Source: an uncultured Thermoleophilia bacterium
GTDB taxonomy: Bacteria > Actinomycetota > Thermoleophilia > UBA2241
DNA length: 64,000 bases
Reading direction: 5' to 3'
Assembly: GCA_963702475.1 (NCBI GenBank)
Contig: CAVPCT010000004.1
Location: forward strand, 160,001-224,000
Shown piece after piece: positions 9,708 through 19,468 of this stretch (the first letter of the stretch is position 1; every line of letters starts with the position of its first letter). Below the pieces are notes generated by a model that made no database searches, was not told where the DNA came from, and saw only the letters and a list, made by a program, of their open reading frames with translations. The position numbers and the translations under genes were made by a program.

Positions 9708-11231
9708 GTGACAATCATCCTGGACGGCGGGTCGCTGACCGTCGAGAAGCTCGTCGCCATCGCCCGCTTCAACGAGCCGGTGGAGCTCGATGCCGCGGCT
9801 GCCGAGCGCATCAACTTCTGTCGCGCCATGCTCGAGGAGAAGATCGCCGCCCGTGAGATCATGTACGGCACCAACACCGGCATCGGCGAGTTCAGCGAGA
9901 TCGTCCTGGACGACGACCAGGTGCAGCAGTTCCAGCGTTTCCTCGTGTACAACCACGCCGCCGGCATCGGTGAGCCCGCGCCCATCGAGGTCGTGCGCGC
10001 CGCCATGGCCGCCCGCATCAACGTCCACGCCCACGGCAACTCGGGCAACCGCCTCGCGATCACGCAGACGCTGGTCGAGCTGCTCAACAAGGGTGTCACC
10101 CCGGTGATGAGCTCCAAGGGCTCGGTGGGCGCCTGCGGCGACCTCGCCCCCATGGCCCAGATGGCGCTCGTGATGATGGGCGAGGGCGAGTCCTTCTACC
10201 AAGGCGAGCGCATGCCCAGCCGCGAGGCCATGGAGCGCGCCGGCATCCCCGCGCCGGGGCTGGAGGCGCGCGACGGCCTCGCCACCATCAACGGCTCCAA
10301 CGTGCTCACCGGCATGAGCGCGCTGCTCTGCCACGACGCCGACCGCTGGTTCAAGCAGGCGGAGATCGCTGCCGCCATGAGCCTCGAGGCGCTGCTCGCC
10401 AACCTCAAGCCCTACAACGCCAAGCTGCACGAGTTGCGCGGATTCTCCGGCGCCGTGCGGAGCGCCGCCTCCATCCGCGCCTGCATCGCCGAGAGCGACC
10501 TGGCCACCGGCAAGATCAAGACCAAGGTGCAGGACGCCTACTCGATGCGCTCCACGCCGCAGGTCATCGGCGCCGCCCACGACGCCCTCAAGTGGGCGAA
10601 GAGCCAGGTGGAGATCGAGCTCAACGGCGTGGGCGACAACCCCATCTGGGTGCCGGAGGAGAAGCTCACGCTGACCGGCGCCAACTTCCAGGGCACGCCG
10701 GTCAGCCTGCCGATGGAGATGATCGGCCAGGCCATCACCATGGTCAGCGTGCTCAGCGAGCGCCGCCTCAACCGCATGGAGAACACCGCCACGAGCCAGG
10801 GCCTGCCCGACTTCCTCACCCCCAACCCAGGCTTCTACAGCGGTCTGATGCTCAGCCAGTACACCGCCGACATGCTCATCACCGAGCAGCGCATCCTCGC
10901 GGCGCCGGCGGCCACCATGAGCATCCCCGCCGCGGCCGACCAGGAGGACTTCGTCTCCATGGGCATGAACACGGCGCTCAAGAACCGCCAGATCCTGGAG
11001 AACGCCTACGGCGTGCTGGGCATCGAGTTCATGGGCGCGGCGCAGGCGCTGGACTTCCGCGAGTTCACCCCCGGCAAGGGCGTGCGCAAGGCCAAGGAGG
11101 TCATCCGCAAGTACGTCGACCACCTCGACATCGACCGGCCGCTGTTCCCGGACCACAACGCCATGGCCGAGCTGGTGAAGTCGGGCGAGATCCTCGAGGC
11201 CGTCGAGGCGGAGGTCGGCTCGCTGGGCTGA
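9708..11231 (+). CDS. Aromatic amino acid ammonia-lyase family (HAL/PAL/TAL) protein with Ala-Cys-Gly MIO motif
   Basis: MYGTNTGIG, GSVGACGDLAP, DGLATING, QDAYSMR.TPQV.GA, DNP and QEDFVSMG motifs; GTG start at 9708 after GGAAGGAG RBS. Confidence 0.88.
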   Translation: MTIILDGGSLTVEKLVAIARFNEPVELDAAAAERINFCRAMLEEKIAAREIMYGTNTGIGEFSEIVLDDDQVQQFQRFLVYNHAAGIGEPAPIEVVRAAMAARINVHAHGNSGNRLAITQTLVELLNKGVTPVMSSKGSVGACGDLAPMAQMALVMMGEGESFYQGERMPSREAMERAGIPAPGLEARDGLATINGSNVLTGMSALLCHDADRWFKQAEIAAAMSLEALLANLKPYNAKLHELRGFSGAVRSAASIRACIAESDLATGKIKTKVQDAYSMRSTPQVIGAAHDALKWAKSQVEIELNGVGDNPIWVPEEKLTLTGANFQGTPVSLPMEMIGQAITMVSVLSERRLNRMENTATSQGLPDFLTPNPGFYSGLMLSQYTADMLITEQRILAAPAATMSIPAAADQEDFVSMGMNTALKNRQILENAYGVLGIEFMGAAQALDFREFTPGKGVRKAKEVIRKYVDHLDIDRPLFPDHNAMAELVKSGEILEAVEAEVGSLG

Positions 11232-11298
11232 GGCCGGGGCGCCGGCCGGGTGGCGCCGCTGCCGGCGCGATAGACTCGCGCCGGGATAAGGAGCGCGG

Positions 11299-12936
11299 GT
11301 GGACGAGCAGGCGGTACACGAACAGCTGGCGGCGGCCGGACTCACCGTGGGCCCGATCCACCGCAACCTGCCGGCGCCGGAGCTGACGGCCCGCTCCCTC
11401 GCCCGTCAGGAGGGCATCCTCGCCGCCAACGGCGCGCTCGTCGTCAAGACGGGCGAGCGCACGGGCCGCTCGCCGGCCGACCGCTACATCGTCGACGAGC
11501 CCGAGGCCTCCGGCGTGGCGTGGGGCGGCCCCAACCAGCCGTGCTCGCCGGAGTACTTCGAGCGCCAGCTCGCACGCGTGAGCGAGCACCTGCGCCGCCG
11601 CGAGATCTACGTGTTCGACGGCTACGTAGGCGCCGAGCCCACGTACCGCGTGCCCATACGCGTCGTTGCCCGCGCGACCTGGCACGCGCTGTTCGCGCAC
11701 ACCCTGTTCGTGCGGCCGCAGCCCGTCGACCTCGAAGGCTTCGCGCCCGGCTTCACGCTCGTGCAGTGCGGCGAGCTGCCGGCGGACGAGGCGCCGGCGG
11801 TGGCGGCCGCAGGCCGCCGGGCCGGCGCCTGGACCGAGGCGCACGACGAGCCGCGCTCGCGGGTCTTCGTCGGCATCTCGTTCCAGCGCCGCATCGTCCT
11901 CATCCTCGGCACGCTGTACGGCGGCGAGATGAAGAAGGCGCTGTTCACCGTCATGAACTACCTGCTGACGGAGCGCGGCGTGCTGCCCATGCACTGCTCG
12001 GCGACCACCGGACGCAAGGGTGACGTCGCCCTGTACTTCGGCCTCTCCGGCACCGGCAAGACGACGCTGTCGGCCGACCCTTCTCGCCGCCTCATCGGCG
12101 ACGACGAGCACGGCTGGAGCGACCACGGCGTGTTCAACTTCGAGGGCGGCTGTTACGCCAAGGTCATCCGCCTCTCGGCGCGCGCCGAGCCGCAGATCTT
12201 CCAGGCCATCCGCTTCGGCTCGGTCCTCGAGAACGTGGTCGTGGATCCCATGACGCGGGCGATCCACTGGGACGACGACTCCATCACCGAGAACACCCGC
12301 GCCACGTATCCCGTCACCCACATCCCGGGCGCCGTGGAGACTGGTGAGGGCGGTGCGCCGCGCAACGTCTTCTTCCTCGCCTGCGACGCCTACGGGGTGC
12401 TGCCGCCGATCAGCCGGCTCACGCCCGAGATGGGCAGCTACCACTTCCTCTCCGGGTTCACGGCCAAGGTGGCCGGCACCGAGGAGGGCGTCGTCGAGCC
12501 CGAGCCGACCTTCTCCGCCTGCTTCGGTGCGCCGTTCATGCCGCGCGACCCGGTCGTGTACGCCGACATGCTGGCCGCGCGCCTCGCGAACGGCCCCGCC
12601 CACTGCTGGCTGGTGAACACCGGCTGGTCGGGCGGTCCGCACGGCGTCGGTAAGCGCATGCGCATCTCGCTGACGAGGAACCTGCTGAAGGCGGCGCTCG
12701 AGGGCGCGCTGGACGACGTCCCCTGTGCGCCCCACCCCGTCTTCGGCGTGCTGGTGCCGAAGCACTGCCCCAAGGTGCCGTCGCGCCTGCTCGACCCTCG
12801 CTCCACCTGGCCGGATCCGGCGGAGTACGACGCTCGCGCCGCCGCGCTGGCGCAGCGCTTCGCGGCCAACTTCGAGAGGTTCAGCAACCGGGTCCCCGCC
12901 GCCGTCGCGGCCGCTGGACCGCGCACGGAACTCTGA
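11299..12936 (+). CDS. pckA: Phosphoenolpyruvate carboxykinase (ATP)
   Basis: TGRSP.DRYIV, YGGEMKK, MHCSA, FGLSGTGKTTLSAD, IGDDEHGW, NFEGGCYAK, TENTR and FSACFGAPF motifs. Confidence 0.95.
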   Translation: MDEQAVHEQLAAAGLTVGPIHRNLPAPELTARSLARQEGILAANGALVVKTGERTGRSPADRYIVDEPEASGVAWGGPNQPCSPEYFERQLARVSEHLRRREIYVFDGYVGAEPTYRVPIRVVARATWHALFAHTLFVRPQPVDLEGFAPGFTLVQCGELPADEAPAVAAAGRRAGAWTEAHDEPRSRVFVGISFQRRIVLILGTLYGGEMKKALFTVMNYLLTERGVLPMHCSATTGRKGDVALYFGLSGTGKTTLSADPSRRLIGDDEHGWSDHGVFNFEGGCYAKVIRLSARAEPQIFQAIRFGSVLENVVVDPMTRAIHWDDDSITENTRATYPVTHIPGAVETGEGGAPRNVFFLACDAYGVLPPISRLTPEMGSYHFLSGFTAKVAGTEEGVVEPEPTFSACFGAPFMPRDPVVYADMLAARLANGPAHCWLVNTGWSGGPHGVGKRMRISLTRNLLKAALEGALDDVPCAPHPVFGVLVPKHCPKVPSRLLDPRSTWPDPAEYDARAAALAQRFAANFERFSNRVPAAVAAAGPRTEL

Positions 12937-12996
12937 TATTGCGCCGGACGCAGACAGCGCCGGCCCCACAGGACCCGACCTCCGAGGAGGAGCACC

Positions 12997-14037
12997 GTGA
13001 CCAACCGCCCGCCTGAGCCGCTGCCGCAGGTGGCCGCGCTCAAGCCCTACGTCCCCGGCACTCCGTCGCCCAGCGAGGCCGGCAGCCTGGCCTCCAACGA
13101 GTCGCCCTACGGCGCGTCACCGAAGGTCGCGGAGGCCCTCGCCGCGAGTGCGGCGCGCATCCACCGCTATCCTGACCCACTCGCCTCCGGGGTGAGCGCC
13201 GGCCTCGCGCGTCTGTACGGTGTGGACCCCGACTGCGTGCTCGTCGGCAACGGCTCCGACGAGGTCATCTACCTGCTGGCCATGGCGTACACGGCGGGCG
13301 GGCGCGCGGTGTGCGCGGACCCGCCGTACCGGCTCGACGAGATCGTGCCGCAGATCGTGGGCGCGTCGGTGGTCAAGGTCCCGCTCAGGGACTGGACCCA
13401 CGACCTCGACGCCATGGCCGAGGTGGACGCCGACATCGCCTTCGTCGTGAACCCGCACAACCCGACAGGGACCACGGTCTCGCGCGAGGCGATCCACGCG
13501 TTCGCGGAGACGAGCAGGGCCCGCCTCATCGTGGTCGACGAGGCCTACGTGGAGTTCGCCGACGACCCCGAGGCGGTGACCATGATCCGCGAGACCGGCG
13601 GCAACGTCGCCGTCATGCGCACCTTCTCCAAGGCCTACGGCCTGGCCGGCGCGCGCGTCGGCTACCTGGTCGCCGACCCGGAGGTCATCGACGTGCTGCG
13701 ACGCATCCGGCCGCCGTTCTCGGTGACGAGCCCCACGCAGGCGGCGGCGCTGGCGGCGCTCGAGGACACGGCGCATCTCGAGTGGGTGCGGGAGCAGACG
13801 CGCCGCGGCCGCGAGCGCCTCACGGCGGTCTTCGGGGCCGCCGGCTACGAAGTCGTGCCGTCGCAGGCCAACTTCGTGCTGGTGGTGGCGCCGGACGCCG
13901 AGGAGCTCCAGGCTCGCCTGGAGCGGGGCGGCGTCTCCGTGCGCCTCGGCGCCAACCTCGACCTGCCCGGCACCGTGCGCGTCACGGTGGCGTCGGACGA
14001 GGGCTTCGAGCTGCTGGAGCGGGCCCTCACCGGCTGA
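12997..14037 (+). CDS. hisC: Histidinol-phosphate aminotransferase family PLP enzyme
   Basis: LASNESP, RYPD, GNGSDE, NPHNPTG, DEAY and RTFSKAYGLAGARVGY motifs. Confidence 0.8.
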   Translation: MTNRPPEPLPQVAALKPYVPGTPSPSEAGSLASNESPYGASPKVAEALAASAARIHRYPDPLASGVSAGLARLYGVDPDCVLVGNGSDEVIYLLAMAYTAGGRAVCADPPYRLDEIVPQIVGASVVKVPLRDWTHDLDAMAEVDADIAFVVNPHNPTGTTVSREAIHAFAETSRARLIVVDEAYVEFADDPEAVTMIRETGGNVAVMRTFSKAYGLAGARVGYLVADPEVIDVLRRIRPPFSVTSPTQAAALAALEDTAHLEWVREQTRRGRERLTAVFGAAGYEVVPSQANFVLVVAPDAEELQARLERGGVSVRLGANLDLPGTVRVTVASDEGFELLERALTG

Positions 14038-14165
14038 GTGTGCCTCACGCGGGCGAGGGCCTCGGGTCGAGCCCGAGCTGCTCGCTGCCGATCACGGCGA
14101 CGACCTTCGGGCGTGAGTCGGGAGCAGTCAGGTCGCTTCCTCCATGTGATGTGGGTGACGCGGCT

Positions 14166-15599
14166 TCAACGGCCGCCGGCACCGGCGCCGCGTGTGTACC
14201 GCTCGAACGCGGCGCGCGCCTCGCGGCGGGCGTCATCGGGGATGGGCGTCGGCACGTGCGCGGCGAGGACGGCCTCGGCGCGCTCCAGCGCGTCACTCAC
14301 CAGGGAGCGCCCCGCGTACGCGGATGCTGCCTCGCGCTGGAAGACGGATGCGCGCCAGACCTCACCGCGGCGCGAGTTCACGCGAGAGCTGCGCCGGGCG
14401 AGAAACTGACCGCCCGGGCCGACCGCGGCGATGTCCTCGATCAGCGTCGACGCGTCGTCCACGGTGTCGGGCAATTCGAGCAGACGCCTGACCGACCCGA
14501 TGAGGTCGGAGTCGAGGATGGTCTTGGCCGTGGACACCGCATCGTCGACGATCCCGGCGCCGACGAGCAGATCAGCGCCGCACAGCACGGAGGTCGCCGC
14601 CGTCAGCGTGCCCTCGGAGCCGGCTTGGAAGTTGGCGGCCTTGGCATCCGAACTCATGCCGGCGCTCATGCTCGGCAGTCCGTACCGCCGGGTCATGGCC
14701 AGGCTCGCCATGTCGATCAGCGCGACCTCGGGCGTACCGCTGAGATACCCGCCGGTGCGCAGATGCGAGGAGCCGCCGATGGCGACCACCATGAGAGGGC
14801 AGCCGGGCGCCGCCAGCTGGAAGATGGTGACGGCGGCGAGGAGTTCCGCCAGCGTGATGACGGCCGTGCCAAGCACGCTCATGGGAGCCGTGGTGCCCAG
14901 CAGCGGCAGGGGATGGATGAGGATCGGCACTCCGTGGCGCGCGAGCTCGATCGAGGCCTCGAGCTTGTCGCCCTCGAACCGCAGCGGCGACACGGGGCAG
15001 TGCAGCGAGGAGTAGATCGGCCGCTCATGCATCGGCGCCCCCGCGATCGCCTCCAGCATCTCCAGGAGAGGCGGCACCTGCTCCGGCGAGTGCGCCACGA
15101 CGCTCTGCACGTGCTTGGAGGTGGACTCCAGGGCGATGAGATCGGTCTCGAGGCCCACCGTCGGCGCATCGATCTCACCCAACGTCACCGACGTCCAGAT
15201 GAAGTCGAGGTCGTCAAGCGCGTCGAAGAGGCCGTAGAAGTAGGCGAGGTCGTCGCGCGTGGCGTCACGCACCTCGTCGGTCACGTCGTCCAGGACCGTC
15301 ATCACCATGCCGTCCGTGCAGCAGGCCAGCGGCGAGCCCGCGCCGACGAGCAGGTCGTGCGCCGGGTCGCGGGCCGCGAGCCGCACGCTCCCGGGAGCCT
15401 TCTCCAGACAGCTCTCGACCAGCTCTGGAGGCAGGGTCGCGGTGCGCCGCTCCCCATCGACGCGCGCCCCCGCGCCGGCGAGAAGCTCCAGGACGACCGT
15501 CGATTCCACGCCGATGCCCACGTGGTCGAGGACGTGCAGGACGCGCTGATGCAGCGCGTCCTTCTCGGCGGCAGACAGGCACTCGAACTTCAGGTGCAT
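14166..15599 (-). CDS. MttB family methyltransferase, non-pyrrolysine
   Basis: LAARDP, TSKHVQ, PVSPL, PLPLLGTTAP, GTPE, YGLPSMSAGMSSDAK and VGPGGQFL motifs. Confidence 0.9.
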   Translation of the reverse strand: MHLKFECLSAAEKDALHQRVLHVLDHVGIGVESTVVLELLAGAGARVDGERRTATLPPELVESCLEKAPGSVRLAARDPAHDLLVGAGSPLACCTDGMVMTVLDDVTDEVRDATRDDLAYFYGLFDALDDLDFIWTSVTLGEIDAPTVGLETDLIALESTSKHVQSVVAHSPEQVPPLLEMLEAIAGAPMHERPIYSSLHCPVSPLRFEGDKLEASIELARHGVPILIHPLPLLGTTAPMSVLGTAVITLAELLAAVTIFQLAAPGCPLMVVAIGGSSHLRTGGYLSGTPEVALIDMASLAMTRRYGLPSMSAGMSSDAKAANFQAGSEGTLTAATSVLCGADLLVGAGIVDDAVSTAKTILDSDLIGSVRRLLELPDTVDDASTLIEDIAAVGPGGQFLARRSSRVNSRRGEVWRASVFQREAASAYAGRSLVSDALERAEAVLAAHVPTPIPDDARREARAAFERYTRGAGAGGR

Positions 15600-15698
15600 G
15601 GAAGTCTCCGTTCTTCGGCGGCGGGTGCCGCCGCAGCGATGGCAGGACGCGTTCGACCGGCCGAGGCGTGCCGTCTCACATGGCCGATCTCGTCGGCA

Positions 15699-15730
15699 GT
15701 TTCGCTATCTGTACGTATAGCAAGCGAAAC
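15699..15730. promoter_or_regulatory. Imperfect 32-bp inverted repeat; putative operator of the adjacent BetI-like regulator
   Basis: GTTTCGCTATCTGTAC|GTATAGCAAGCGAAAC, with 13 of 16 positions complementary. It lies between the divergent mttB and TetR genes, next to a minus-strand TTGACG -35-like hexamer. Confidence 0.55.
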
Positions 15731-15767
15731 TGGTCTGCGTCAAACCCCGATGGTACGCTTCGGCGCG

Positions 15768-16447
15768 ATGGACCGATCGGAGCCGAGAGGCGAGCTCGGC
15801 GCGAGCGCTGAGCCACGACCGAACAAGCGCCAGTTGAGCGCCGCCGCGTCGAGGGACAGGCTCATCGAGGCGACCATCCTCTGCATGGCCAGCTACGGAC
15901 CCGCAGGCGTGTCCATCGAGAGGATCGCCGACGCCGCCGGGGTGTCCCGCGGCCTCGTCCGGCATCACTTCGACAGCAAGCGGCAACTCCTCATCGAGGC
16001 GTTCCAACGGCTGGCGGACGAGGAGCGGGCGACGTTCGCTGCGGGCCCCGAGAGCGGGTGACGACCCGATCGCGACGCTGCGCACCATCCTCGCGACGGA
16101 GTTCCGCAGAGAGCTGGCGGCGCCCGAGCGGTCTGATGCCTGGTTCGGGTTCTGGCAGGCGGCCCTCGGCGACCCGGACCTCAGAGGCGATCAACGAGCG
16201 CGTTTACGCCGAGGAGCGCGAGCGGTACGGCGAGCTCTTCCGCGAGGCGGCGCGGCGACAGGGCCTGGACATCGATGCCCGCAAGGCCGGGATCGGGCTC
16301 GTGGCCCTGGCCGACGGGGCCTGGATCGAATTGCGGATGGCGGCGGCGGACTTCAGTGTCGACGATGCGCTCGCGCTCTGTGACGACTACATCGACATGG
16401 TCCTGCAGCAGGGCCGAGCGGACCGGCAGCGTTCCGCCGGAAGATGA
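15768..16447 (+). CDS. TetR/BetI-family transcriptional regulator with two apparent +1 frameshifts (pseudogene or sequencing error)
   Basis: The HTH (SIERIADAAGVSRGLVRHHFDSK) is in one frame. DDPIATLRTIL...AWFGFWQAA follows in the next frame after an extra G near 16056, then AINERVY...LVALADGAW after an extra G near 16185. Confidence 0.75.
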
Positions 16448-16539
16448 GCGAGGGCCGACGCCCGGCGCAAGGGCCACTGCCTCAGGGAGCACGACACGGC
16501 CCGCCGGAGCCGAGAGCACAATGACAGGAGACTGAGCCC

Positions 16540-17983
16540 GTGACGCGCACGCCCGACATCATCAGCTTCACGCCCCTGCTGCGCTCGACGGCCGACGACA
16601 CCGCGACCATCGAACGCCTTCAGGCGGCGACGCTCGACATCCTCGAGCGCATCGGCGTCTGCTTCCCATGCGAGTCGGCGCTCGAGGTCTTTCGCCGCCA
16701 CGGCGCCGATGTGGACGGCGACGGCGTCGTCAGGCTGACGCCCGACCTGGTCGAGCGCGCTCTGGCCACGGCGCCGCGCTCGTTCGTGCTCGGCGGTCGC
16801 GAGCCGCGCTTCGACCTCACCCTCGACGGCACGCGGACGTACCTCTCGACCGAGGGCGTGGGCACGCTGGTCCGCGACGCGGAGACCGGCGAGGACGCGC
16901 TCCTCGCGCAAGGCCGACGTCGAGCTCATGGCCCGCATCGTCGACGCCCTGCCGGCGATCTCGTTCTTCTGGCCGCCGGTGAGCGCCCAGGACCACGCCC
17001 GGACCGCGCCGCTGCACGAGTGCCACGCCGGGCTGAAGGGCACGCTCAAGCACGTGCGCGGCGCCACGACCGTGCACCCGCGCCTGGCGGAGCGCATCGT
17101 CGAGATGGCGACCGTGGTGGCCGGCTCCGAGGCGGCGCGGCGCGCGCGGCCGCCGATCTGCGGCAACATCTGCACCATCAGCCCCCTGTCGCAGGACCAC
17201 ACGGGCATCGAGGCGGCGCTCGTCTACGCGCGGGCCGGCATCCCCGTGAGCTTCATGCCCATGCCGACCATGGGCTCGACGGCGCCGGCTTCGCTGGCCG
17301 GGGCGATCGTCCAGGGAGAGGCCGAGGTCGTGAGCGCCATGGTGCTCATGCAGCTGGCCGCTCCGGGAGCCCCGGTCATCCACAGCAACATCGTCTCGGC
17401 GATGGACCCGCGCAGCGGCGGCTACATCGGAGACATCGAGGCGCCGGCCGAGCGTCTCATCACCCGGCTCGGTCACGCCTGGGGCGTGCCGCAGCTCTGC
17501 GGTCCCTCGGTGACAGGCGACGAGCCGGACATCGGCTGGGAGTTCGGGTCGCGAGCCGGCATCGGCGCAGCCTTGCTGTCGGGCACGGAGGCTGAGATCA
17601 GCGGTGACCTCGGCGGTCTGCTCGACGGCTACTCGGTGCTCGATCCGCCCTTCATCATCCTGCAGCACGAGCTGGTGATGACCGCCAGGCGCGCGCTGGC
17701 CGAGCTCCCGGCCGACGCCGATCTCGCGCTCGATGTGATCGCGGACATCGGGCCGCGCGGCCACTACCTCTCCCATCAGCATACGCGCGACCACGTGCGC
17801 GGGTTCCCGCTGCCGATGCGGCACCGGGGGGTGGGGTACGGATCCGCCGAGGACGCGGCACGGGCGGAGTTCGCGCGCCTGGAGCGCGAGCACGAACCCG
17901 AGCCGCTGCCCGTCGATGTCCTCGCCGAGCTCGAGCGCATCCTCGCCGAGGCAGACCGCGACGCCGAGCAGCTGGCGGGCTGA
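16540..17983 (+). CDS. MttB family methyltransferase, non-pyrrolysine, with one +1 frameshift near 16894
   Basis: The N-terminus (ATLDILERIGV..., APRSFVLGGRE, YLSTEG) joins the 16928..17983 frame (TLKHVR, ISPL, PMPTMGSTAPASLAG, IGPRGHYL) if one G is removed from GAGGACG, giving ETGETRSSRKADVELM. Confidence 0.82.
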
Positions 17984-17999
17984 CGACGGTCCGAGGCGC

Positions 18000-19418
18000 T
18001 CAGTCCCCGACCGTGAGCCGCCGGAAATCGGAGATCACCTGGTCGATGTGGCGCTCGACGTCGTCCGGCAGCGGCTGCACCCGATGGGTCGCCAGCAGCT
18101 CGCGCGCCCGCTCCAGCGCGTCCTGGATCAGCGTCCGGCCGCGCGACGCCTCGTACGTGCCGCGACGCATGATGCTCGGCTGCCAGACGTCGCGTGCTTG
18201 CTCCCGCGTGCTGCGCCGGCCCATGTAGTGTCCACCCGGGCCCACCGCGCGGATGTCGTCGACGAGGCAGCTGGCTGCGTCGAACTGCGCCCCCTGCATC
18301 TCCCGCTTCACCATGCCGGCGGCGTCGTTGTGCAGGACGATCGTGGCCAGGCTCGTGGCTTGCGCGCCGTCGAAGCAGCCCAGGCCGACGAGCGAGTCGG
18401 CGCCCACCAGCAGGTCGAGGATGCCCCCTCCTTCGACGCCGTCCTGGAAGTCCGGGGCCTTGCCGTCGCCGCCGAAGCCCCCTCCCTGGGTGGGCAGGCC
18501 GTAGACCTGCTTGGACATCTCGATGCAGGCCAGCGTCGCGGCTCCGCCCTCGGGCGAGCCGCACACGTAGAGCCCGCTGTGCAGGTCGGCGGACGCCGGC
18601 TCCGGCGAGGCGATCAGCGGGCAGCCGGGCGCCGCGAGCTGGAAGAGCACGACCGCCGAGAGCATCTCGGCCATGCAGATCACGGTGACTCCCGCCACCG
18701 AGATCGGCGCCGTGGTACCCATCAGCGGCATCGGCATGATGGCGATCGGCACGCCGGCGCGCGCCAGGGCGATGCTCGCCTCGGTCATGGCGCCGTCGTG
18801 GGCGAGCGGGGCGACCGTGCAGTTGATGGTCGAGAAGACCGGCCGCTCGGCCGGCGGCGCGCCGGCGACGGCGCTCATGATCTCGATCAGGGGCGCCACG
18901 TACTCGGGTCCGCGCACCTCATCCTGCACGTGCTTGGCGCACGAGCGGAACGAGATCGCCTCGATCTCGAGGTTGGCCGTCAGCGGGTCGAGGTCGCGCG
19001 CCGAGATCGTCGGCCACACGTAGTCGCAGTCGGGCAGAGCGTCGAACAGGCGCATGATGGTGCGCAGGTAGTCGGCGCTCCCCTCGTGCCGCTCGCCCGT
19101 CTCGTCGTCCACGACGTACGTCGCAGTGCCGTCGCTCGTGAAGCTCACGCTGCCGTCCCCTAGCCACACGTCGTTGGCCGGCTCGCGGGCGGCGAGCAGT
19201 AGCTTGCGCGGCGCCGTCTCCAGACACCGCATCACGAGCTCGCGCGGCAGCCGCGCCGTGAGGCGCTGGCGATCGAGGATCGCCTCTGTCCCCTCGAGCA
19301 CATCCATGGCCATCGGTGTGTTGAAGGCGACGCCCACCTCCTCCAGCACGGTGAGCGTCTGGTCGTGCAGCGTGGCGCGCTCCTCGTCGGACAGAAGGTG
19401 TAGCAGTGGCCGGGTCAT
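18000..19418 (-). CDS. MttB family methyltransferase, non-pyrrolysine
   Basis: LAAREP, FTSDG, AKHVQ, VAPL.HD, PMPLMGTTAP, GSPE, YGLPTQGGGFGGDGK and VGPGGHYM motifs. Confidence 0.9.
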   Translation of the reverse strand: MTRPLLHLLSDEERATLHDQTLTVLEEVGVAFNTPMAMDVLEGTEAILDRQRLTARLPRELVMRCLETAPRKLLLAAREPANDVWLGDGSVSFTSDGTATYVVDDETGERHEGSADYLRTIMRLFDALPDCDYVWPTISARDLDPLTANLEIEAISFRSCAKHVQDEVRGPEYVAPLIEIMSAVAGAPPAERPVFSTINCTVAPLAHDGAMTEASIALARAGVPIAIMPMPLMGTTAPISVAGVTVICMAEMLSAVVLFQLAAPGCPLIASPEPASADLHSGLYVCGSPEGGAATLACIEMSKQVYGLPTQGGGFGGDGKAPDFQDGVEGGGILDLLVGADSLVGLGCFDGAQATSLATIVLHNDAAGMVKREMQGAQFDAASCLVDDIRAVGPGGHYMGRRSTREQARDVWQPSIMRRGTYEASRGRTLIQDALERARELLATHRVQPLPDDVERHIDQVISDFRRLTVGD

Positions 19419-19468
19419 CTCGTCAGCTCCTTGTCGGTTCCGTCTTCATCCATGCGCTGGTACGGCGG

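Noticed and set aside
9708-11231. Ergothionase call for the lyase
   Set aside because: Ergothionases are MIO-independent and have a different tripeptide; this protein retains an A-x-G MIO-type motif.
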